Below, piece by piece: positions 54,893-64,000 of a stretch of 64,000 bases of DNA. Position numbers and translations under genes: made by a program. Origin of the DNA: Lytechinus pictus (Eukaryota); NCBI RefSeq assembly GCF_037042905.1, contig NC_087251.1:37140001-37204000 (forward strand), in the 5' to 3' direction. Under the pieces are notes generated by a model, which made no database searches, had not been told where the DNA came from, and was given only the letters and a program-made list of their open reading frames with translations. The stretch's first letter is position 1, and the number at the start of each line of letters is the position of its first letter.

Positions 54893-55895
54893 CAGTGCGT
54901 TTCAGAAAAAAGGTAATCCAAATCTAGAGGGCCGGTATTCGGATCATTTTTAATTTTGTGAAATTATTCTGCATTGGTATGAAATTAAGGTTGAAGACAA
55001 CAGGTGCAGGTACCATTTTTTCCAAGTCTTGGTAAAGTGGGTAAAATGTGCGCTTGGTAGAATAAAATGTAAAAAGGTAATGTTTGGAATGAAGAGTCAA
55101 GGCATTCCTCTGAAATGGTGATTGAAATGTTAATGCCTTATTCACCCACACCTTCAACATTTCCTCCTCTCCTTTGCTCACAAAACTGGTAGCGTGGAGG
55201 GATTAAGGATATCTTGGACAGCTCGTCTTACCATTGATGGATCATTGCACAAAAACATCCACCTCATGTCGAATTCGGCGTTGCAAATCATCAAGAGCTT
55301 GAGGAGGAATTACAAATACCTTGTTTTTTAAGTGTCCCCAAAGGAAATAATTACAGGGCGCGAGGTCAGGGGATCTTGGTGGCCGTTCTACGTCATGGTT
55401 GAGGGCAACAACTTGATGTCCGAAGAGTTCTTTGAGTCTTTATCGAATGATGATGGAACGAAGGACAGGAGTGCTTGTCCCGAATCCACCAAAGATGCAG
55501 GTACACTCCTCGAACCTGCCTCTCAAAATGTTGGTCCAAAGCCTGAGGTATGATCTGCTTGTTAATAATTTGCAAGTACATTCACCCACTTACACTCCTT
55601 TGGAATAAAAAGATTCAATCACGATTTTTGCCAGCTCAGGCATCGATGAAAGTATTTACGTCAGCATCTGCCCTTTCATCAAGCTCTAAAAAACTTGGAA
55701 AAAGTGGTATCTGCACCTGTTGTCTTCAACATCACTTAATTTGGTCATGCATAGTACAAATGGTACAAATAGGGTATCTATGGAAAGCTAATGAGTGTCT
55801 CTTTCACATCCATGCAGAATGATTTCCCAAAATTGAATGTAATTCGAATACCAGCCCTCCAGTTTTGGATTACCTTTTTTTTCTGAAACGCACTG
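54893..55895 (-). mobile_element. Decayed Tc1/mariner-superfamily transposon
   Basis: TIR cagtgcgtttcagaaaaaaggtaatccaa at both ends, TA TSD, transposase remnant inside. Confidence 0.9.
55243..55585 (-). pseudogene. Frameshifted Tc1/mariner transposase fragment (C-terminal catalytic region)
   Basis: The minus strand reads RLKELFGHQVVALNHDVERPPRSPDLAPCNYFLWGHLKNKVF, matching the WPPRSPDLxPCDFFLWGYLK motif. Frameshifted upstream, stop codon downstream. Confidence 0.85.
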
Positions 55896-56154
55896 TATTA
55901 TTATATGAATGGTATTTTGGGGAAAAATATTAGTCAGCACTGCTGCTATATTGAATCGTGTAATGCAGGCGATACTGCTAGAGGCACTCTACATGATCAG
56001 CTTAGATTTCATGATTTCACAAAGTTTAGTTAATGTGGCAATACCAGATCTACGATGTTGGTTTAACAGAATATCTCATGAATTCAGTATTTACTGCATT
56101 TACTGTCACTTATTGATTATATATTATATGTATTATGGCTGTTGTATTCATTAA

Positions 56155-56655
56155 AATGGAAGTTTACCTTGACAAAAATTTAGTTGTAAAAGCAGAAAAA
56201 TGATTTAAACATATTACTGAAGGTTTGAGGAAAATTTCAAAAAGTTATTAGATTATTTTTTATTTATGACGTTATATGCGAGCGGCTTCCCATGTATCGT
56301 GAATAGAAAAAAAATCAATGAAATGTCATTTTTAAAAAATGTAAAGGGGTTCTATTGTACCTTCAGTATATACCTTTGATATACCTTCAGTATATCAAAA
56401 TACAAATTATTTCACAACCGCTCCTAAAAGAAAAATATTTTTAGTCACCATGAACCATTAAAAATGGAAATGTATGCATTTCATACAACATGAAAAATTG
56501 GGTAATTGCTCGTATATGACGTTACAAATCAAAAACTTAAAATTCTAATAACTTACTTAATCTTTACGAGATTTTCCTCAAATTTTTACCAATATTTTTT
56601 ATTATTTTTTTCTGGTATTTTACAACAAACTTTTCGTCATGGTGAAATTCTCCCT
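56155..56655. mobile_element. TTAA-flanked MITE (Kolobok/piggyBac-type)
   Basis: ttaa|aatggaagtttaccttgacaaaaa ... ttttcgtcatggtgaaattctccct|ttaa; imperfect TIRs. Confidence 0.6.
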
Positions 56656-57784
56656 TTAAATATTGAATTTACCTGTAGGGATTGGAATACATTCAGGAAC
56701 GATACCTAATAACCTATTTTTCATCTTTCAAAGGAAGCAATGGTTCAAACGGCCTCTAAGGTTCATTCCGAAATTACTAGTGATTACAAGATCTATCTCC
56801 GTTCGCGTTTTGTGGGATAACTGAGGAACCATCGAACGGAGGACGAGATCACATGACGGAAAACATCCGCTAGATGCTCGTCCAAGAGCTGTGCGAGGGG
56901 GAATGTGTAGGCGTTCAACGAGGAATGAATATATACTGACCGGGGTATAGCACGTTATACCCACTGCTTTGATCAAGTACTTGTTAGTGCAAGTGCACTT
57001 TCATTGAGTTTCAAAATACCTGACTGATTCCCTTAAAAACAAAGTTTTTAAAAAGGGATATCTTTTAATGAGAAAAAGGAAACATCCCTAAAACCAAAAT
57101 AATTATATAAAATGGTATTGAAAATGAAACTGAGCGACAATGAGAGACATGTGGACATCCTCTGCAAAAAAATAATGAATAAATCAGCAATTAAGTTTTA
57201 TTACAGGTCAGTAAACAATACAAATCCCCTGGAGGAGGGCATTATTGAGAATTATCCTCACACCTGGATGATGCTTTAGAACATTTTTAACATGTCCGAG
57301 ACGCTATTCGAGGGTGTCCGGAGATTTTTAGAAATTCAGAGTTGGTAACTGTGATGATTAAACAAGGCTAGAAGAAATTGATGTGTACTTTGTTATAAAT
57401 CTTTTACCCTCATCTTTACTTTACAATGCATTCTAGGACATCGTTCTTTACTTTTGAGCGCTCACCACCGGGCATAAGCAAATTTACAATGCACGTTGGA
57501 AAAAATAGAGTCCAGTCACATGATCACTTTCAAGCAATCACATGATCAGAGGAGCGTTTCATCAACAGTTTTATTCAACAAGTTGTCAGATCTGACAACT
57601 TTCCTTGTCTTTGATTGGCTGAGAAACACTTTTAGTAAGGTAACTGTCGGATAAAACGGGACTTATCTGATAAAAAGTCCAACGGATCCTTTCATGAAAC
57701 CACGGACCTATTAGAGATGGACATTCAACGCGATCCTTTCGTTGATCACACAAGATCCGCCGCCTAGAGACTATGTGCATCTAA

Positions 57785-58163
57785 TACCCCTTTCATAAAC
57801 CTATCCTCCAATTAGCCGCCTAATAGTAATGCGGATAATTCAATAAAAATTGCGTTCACAAACTCCGAAAATTATCCGCATTATTTTTACGAGCGCCCGT
57901 CCTGAAAAAGGCGGATAATCGTCATGACAACTGGACACGCCCCCTCCGATGCGGTTGTGTTGGAAAAGGGTGACCTTGTGACCGCACCATGGCAATTATC
58001 CGCATTATTTGGAAATGCGTTTATAAACTCAAAATCTTGTCCCGATGCTGCTATTATGCGGATAATTGCAGCATCAAAATAATGCGGATAACTCTGGTCC
58101 TCCTCCGATTTTACGACCAAATTATGCTGCTATTAGCCGCATAATTGGGTTTATGAAAGGGTA
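57785..58163. mobile_element. Palindromic MITE
   Basis: tacccctttcataaacc ... gggtttatgaaagggta; internal gcggataat / attatccgc repeats. Confidence 0.75.
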
Positions 58164-58569
58164 GTGATGACGGGTGTTTTGACAATCGTGACTACCAAGA
58201 TGTATCTGATTATTTACAGAAAGACAGCCTTCCTGGTTTGGTTTTCGTTGGCTGATGCCCTGTGTCAAAAAATGCTTTTCAATCAACATCATAGTCGGAC
58301 CCGGGGGAAGGGACTGCGCCCCACTAATAGCCGCACAAAATGAAGAAAAAAGGAAGAGAAAAATGATTAGGAGAGGAATCAGCGCTTAAAAGGGATCCTT
58401 CAAGTCGGTATATTAAGAATATCTGTTTGTATTCGCCTTTGTTTATTTGGGTTACACAGTGTATCATTTATCAAAAAGGCGCGTAAAATGTCAATCGGAA
58501 TTAAAAAAAAAAACTTCGACTCGCGCAACGCACTCGCATCATTCATTAATTTTAGTGAAGGTACCCATC

Positions 58570-59285
58570 CTTTTAAGAAGGGTAAGATTAAAACATGTCA
58601 CTGTGACCTTGACCTTTGACCTCAAAATCAATAAGCTTTCTGGAATCTATGCTGGTACCATACACACCAAATTATATGAGCCTAGGTCAAACATAAGTTA
58701 TCGCGTTTACAAGGACTTCAGAAGGGTAAGATGAAAACATGTTACTGTGACCTTGACTTTTGGCTTTTTGACATCAAAATCAATGGGCTTCCTGGCGGGG
58801 ATCAATGCTTGTATCATACACACCAAATTATATGAGCCTATGTTAAGTTGAACTGAAGTTATAGCGTTTACGAGGACTTCAGAAGGGTAAGGTAAAACAC
58901 ATGTCACTGTGACCTTTGACCTTAATCAATAGGCTTCCTGGGATCCATGCTAGTATCATACATACCAAATTATTATGAGCCTAGGTTAATTTAAACTTAA
59001 GTTATCGCGTTTACAAGGACTTCAGAAGGGTAAGATGAAAATATGTCAGTGTGACCTCGACTTTTTGACCTCAAAATCAATGGGCTTCCTGGCAGGGATC
59101 AATGCTTGTATATCATACACACCAAATTATATGAGCCTTGGTTAAGTTAAACTGAAGTTATCGCGTTAACAAGGACTCAGAAGGGTAAGATGAAAACATG
59201 TTACTGTTACCTTGACCTTTGACCCTTTGACCTTAAAATCGATAGGCTTCCTGGGATCAATGCTAGTATCATACACACCAAATTA
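58570..59285. repeat. Tandem repeat of about 5 units, alternating ~144 and ~158 bp
   Basis: agaagggtaag anchors at 58576, 58720, 58881, 59024 and 59179. Confidence 0.85.
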
Positions 59286-59578
59286 CACTCAAAATTACCT
59301 TAAAATAAAAGAAGTTCCTGCAGCAGAGTCTCGAGAATACCTGTAATCTTACCAGATTGCGTAATCTTACATTATATCATGTAAAGTTACAGGAAATTGG
59401 TATCTGGTGTATGGAACCTTACAAATTTCCTTAAATAAAACACCCTTTTCCCCTTTTTAAACAGACCTGTTCTGTGAAATTGCAGAAAAATTCCTGTTTT
59501 ATGAATTTACAGAATGATTCTGTTATTGCTTTCTGCAAAATCTTCTTTTTTCTGTAAAATCAGGGTTTTTAAACAATG
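59286..59578 (-). mobile_element. Uninterrupted copy of the 30407-31121 MITE
   Basis: Reverse-complement match (cctgcagcagagtctcgagaa...cagggtttttaaacaatg), lacking the 30565-30956 insert. Confidence 0.85.
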
Positions 59579-61437
59579 TCGCGTTCACAAAGAAAAGTTA
59601 ATACGTCCCGTAGGACGGGCGTATAAAAATCATTTGACGCTTCACTTCAATTATTGTTTGATCACATACCCATGGACGGCCAGCAACCCCAGCAGCTAAA
59701 ATGCATGTTTGTTCAAAATATTTTCTAGATATGCTGTATATTCATAAATTCATCATTCTCTAGAAGATTCAGTGTTATTCTCTTTGTTTACTATAGAGAT
59801 TGTGCAAACTTCCTGTAGTAAAAAAATATGGTATGGATGGATTTCCATACAGTTGCGATTGATTGGAGATCCATCATAGCTCTTTGTAAGACGGGGCCCT
59901 GGAGTATTAGGACGAAACATGAAAAATGGGATTATAAATGATAATCAATCAATCATAATACCGCCTCTTTCTTCAACTACACATCGATTTTCCAGCATTC
60001 AAGTGATTTATCATCTTCTGCGAATAGAGTTCGCGCAATATAAATCTTTAAACACGAGCTGCTTCTTCCAACTCCTGGCCTATGACGGCGGACCTGGTAG
60101 AAACAAAGAAACTAATTATGAAGAGGATGTTATGCAAAGGACAATGACAGTCGCATGTCAGTGAATTCATTAACTAACCGATGAATGTCCAACTCTAATA
60201 GGGTCCATGATGAATCGCTCCACATAATCCACGCTATCATCTTTAAAGGTAATAAAAAGTATCCAGAAAGTATCATTTCATAAGCAGTTTGCGAGGCTAT
60301 ACCTATTATTATAAAGACATTATAGTCATTCAAAGAGAATATTCGACGACTTTGCGCTTGGGTTTAAGTTGGCGTGGCGTAGGCCTGTTGTTTTCCTCTG
60401 TGAGATTTTCGATCAGATTGTTAGATCACTCCTCCTTTTCGATAGGTTTCAGTTTATTTTATTTGCTATACTGCGCTATGAGGACCTTTTCATGATGGAC
60501 ATCGGCGCATAACAAAATTATTATCATATTTACCATCAGAGATATATATTTATTGGGATTACCTGCATGTAAATAACCAATCTGTGGACGGCGCCGCCCA
60601 TCATTAGTCTTTATTTAGTCTTTTCACATGTTACTCCTATAATACAAACTTATCGAGCTGTTTGTTTCAAACCTCCTTTTTAAAATTTCATAATAGCTGA
60701 TGTCTGCATTTCAGGACACTGATTTCGATCTAATCATTATTTTTGAAAATAGTATAAAAACAGTCATTTTTATGATGCATTCACTTTCATTGATTTTGAC
60801 AATCATATGCCGGAGTACCAAAACGGAAACATGTATTGAGGAATATACTGCTGAATATTTTCCTCTGCCCTTTTCCCTTGAATGTTGATGGTTCAAGACC
60901 TTACAAACAAGGATCACTACATGGATTTAAGTGTCAAAAAGTTGTTGAAAGCGACGATATGCATAACTGTCTTGTAAAACTAGAACGATGTGAACCACTT
61001 TGGCGATGTATCACCTCATACGTTCTTCGCTCTGAGCAACTCCTCGAGCACGCCCACGTGAAGTTTGTATAATTACCTGTCGTTATTAGCAGTGTGTGCG
61101 GGAGAGTGTCTATGTGTGTGTGTGTGAGAGAGAGGGAGGGAGAGGGAGAAGGTATGCTTCTATCACTTTACAATCTTCCCCCGCATATATATGACCAGAA
61201 ATGAAATATAAAAGATGAAAAGTGGCTATACGCTCACAATTGAACTTTCTTCGTTCTGCCTGCATGCATGGCACATATCCATCTTCATCTCTCGGGCCAA
61301 AGGGACGGGGGAATGTTCACACTTGTCTTATATCTGTTACATGGAATCGCGGCGGTCTGTGCTATATGTTTTTCATAGATGTTCATACTTTCTGGAGTTA
61401 TTTGTTTTTCCTTGTTCCAAAGCAAGATAGTGGAGTC

Positions 61438-61495
61438 ATGCAACCTTCAAGTGGTTATCCTTTGGTTCGTATGTTGCTCATTTTAGTACTTGCAG
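61438..61495 (+). CDS. Probable first coding exon (signal peptide) of a secreted-protein gene
   Basis: gtcATG, MQPSSGYPLVRMLLILVLA, then a strong phase-1 donor cag|gtgagt. Confidence 0.6.
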
Positions 61496-62109
61496 GTGAG
61501 TGTTTTACACTTTTACACTTTAGGGAGTTTTTCGCATCGCGACGCAAAACGAAATTAAGAACACAGTAAATGTATTGAAAATGCCCCTCAAATGACAATG
61601 AATAGCTGGGAGGTCTTTGTAGAAAATTGGTAAACCGGAACAGCAGTTTAGTCCCAAGTTTCGGAGCTGACGAAAAATTGCAAAGTGTCGTTTGTACAGA
61701 GTCCAGGACGTAACTGCTGTTTTGATTTCCCGATTTTCGACAAAGACTTGTTAGTTGCTTTTTGTAATGAAGGGCATTTGACGATATATTTTCTATGTTC
61801 TGAAAAGCGTCCTGCGCCGAGGTGCAAAAACTCTATATTTTCATTCCATACAGAAACACTGTGCAAATCCATTTTATCAATTTACACCACAAGCCCTTCT
61901 TTTCAAGGCGCATCTTGTTTTTATTACAATAACTTATCCAGAAAGAAAAGATAAATTCACATCTTGTATTAATTTATCTGTATTTATCACTGTACGGTTA
62001 AATATAAATCATACTTTATTCATGATTGTCATTAGGCCTACAACACACAATCTTCTAATTACAATCGAGACATATCACTTTGGATATTTACACGTTAATA
62101 CTTATATGT

Positions 62110-62215
62110 GGAGGCGCCGCGGCCGAGTGGTCAAGGAGCCTGACTAGACGCATGACAGTCCGGGGTTCAATCACTGGTCATATCATTGTATGCCCCAGAG
62201 CGAGGTATTTGACCT
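62110..62215 (+). mobile_element. Degenerate tRNA-derived SINE 5' fragment
   Basis: gcggccgagtggt A-box and ggttcaatc B-box. Confidence 0.55.
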
Positions 62216-63307
62216 TTGATCATACTTTAGAAAATGAATGAAAAGATGAAAATCCGTATTTTATTGTTCGAAATAGACATAAAATGAAATACTCCGAAAA
62301 TTTGCTTTGCCCATTGGAATGCTATTAATGTATCTGTGTTTCTATTTCTTTAATACGGTATTTAATACTATATGGAAAAAAAAACAGATAGAAAGAAATG
62401 CACTTAGTCGAGAGAAACCCACCAATCATTTTGGATGAGATTTTCAAATTTAAACTTTTTTGTAATAGTACACCTTTCGAAATTTCAGACGTATTTCCCA
62501 CGAAATCTAATTTTTGTTTCTGCTTTGATTTCGGTCTATTAACACATTCATGCATGCACAGTGTAATTTTGAGGAAAAAAAAGTAAATCAAGCTATATAG
62601 TTTTTGAAAGAACAGCAATAGTAGCTTGTATCATTTTGTCCAAAGAAACAGAATAATAGAAAAAAGATAATGTTGAGATACATTGGAAAAGTCACAGGTA
62701 GTGACGGAAAACAAGGACAGCCAATGGGTATAAAAGGTTAGTAGACTCTACAAGAGGATTGTCTTAGAAGGGCCCGCATGCCTCTGGGCAATAGTACTGA
62801 ATTTTACTTTTGCGAGCCCTGGCCCATGGAAAATGATCTCACTCTCTTCTTCTTTTCTTTATATTTTACTTATCTTTATTTAATTATTTAATTTCAAATT
62901 GTATTTTTGTATTTATATTATACATTTTTGTATGTTTTTTATGGCCAAATAAATAATAAAAATAATAATAATGATAAATATAATTGGTTAAAATGGGATT
63001 TTATTAATTAAAACTGTGATGCTAAAGCAATTTTATATTGTGGTCTAACGAGTTGAAGCATAGTCGTTGAATACGGGTTAGTGTGTTTTAAGAAAAAATC
63101 TTGTCAGTATATAATTTGAACATGATTGATAGATCAGTTTTTATCATTATTATTATCATCATTGTTACTTATTCTGGACTTTTCGGCAAAAAAAAGCGTT
63201 TACAATTAATAGACTGAATAGAGTTATGACCACAAGACTACAAACTACGAAAAAGATGTTTTTAATGCCTTTCTATAAATTGCTAGTGATTGACATTCTT
63301 ATACAAG

Positions 63308-63404
63308 GAGTTCTTGAGAACGTGCTGTCTGCTGAAAATTGTGGGAAGATACTCCCACCCACTTTACAAAGAATATGCCAAAGTGAAGAAGACGAATTTG
63401 GACG
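63308..63404 (+). CDS. Probable second exon of the secreted-protein gene; insulin-family B-chain-like motif
   Basis: A phase-1 join to 61438-61495 gives ...LAGVLENVLSAENCGKILPPTLQRICQSEEDEFG. The splice sites (aag acceptor, gtattt donor) are weak, so the boundaries are tentative. Confidence 0.45.
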
Positions 63405-64000
63405 GTATTTATCTCAACAAGCTGTCTTCAAAGATTGAAATTCAATAATGAGAATTGCGAAAAAGCACAACGCAGCAGTCAGTCAATGCTGGGTTTTGGT
63501 AGAATTTTTAATTTCTTTTTGGAATTACATGCGATGAAATATGTCAACTAATATTTCATGAAAATATTATGTAATGTGTTGGCACTGTACTCTATAATGT
63601 GTGACTCCATTTGTTTACTTCGGAGGATTTGGCGTTCACTTTTTTCACACAGGATTGTTTCCGTTGGGGTCTGCAAAGCAGTATGTTGATTTAAAAAAGG
63701 GGACCTAAGAAGATTCCATGTGGTACTACAAAACAATAGATTTAGTGTATGAGTAGCATAGTAGTTAAATCAGGGTCAGACAATCCAACATCTTTTGGTC
63801 TGCCCCTTCCTATCAGAGCCGTGCGCTGCCAAGGAAATCGAGTATTTTAATGTATATACATGAATAGAAAAATCAAACAAGCATAACGCTGAAAATCCAT
63901 CAAAATCGGATGTAAAATATGAAAGTTATGACATTTCAAAGTTTCGCTTATTTATAAGCCTAACCAGTAGCGTAATAGTTCAATATTTTTGCAGGGATCA

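Larger units (their letters stand above)
52265..55992 (+). mobile_element. Non-autonomous interspersed element with internal gtgacc/ggtca tandem sub-repeats (outer copy), interrupted by several insertions
   Basis: Starts ttttgtcttgcctgcatagcagagcgagac and ends gtcagcactgctgctatattgaatcg...tagaggcactc. Both ends are matched by the inverted inner copy. Confidence 0.7.

Overview
Eukaryotic, AT-rich, repeat-dense DNA, most likely from a sea urchin or other echinoderm (inferred from the repeat families, not proven). (1) Bases 1-22874 are a nearly invariant 181/176-bp tandem satellite of about 126 monomers. It is built from three monomer types arranged as a 538-bp trimer and 13-, 16- and 22-mer higher-order repeats, contains a 200-N gap, and ends abruptly on the right. 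(2) A 4.9-kb foldback (TU-like) element at 23663-28574 has inverted arms made of 15-bp tandem units and a perfect 8-bp target-site duplication (TSD). (3) A 20-exon + strand gene at 33900-45851 (1054 aa as reconstructed by hand) encodes a TMEM145-like GOLD/7TM protein with a very long (~620 aa) C-terminal tail that includes a duplicated exon pair. (4) There are many MITEs, SINEs and nested DNA-transposon relics, including a decayed Tc1/mariner. (5) At the right end are the first two exons of a probable secreted-protein gene carrying an insulin-family B-chain-like motif (CGKILPPTLQRIC). The many 70-aa ORFs and the pentapeptide-repeat ORFs in the ORF track are repeat artefacts.
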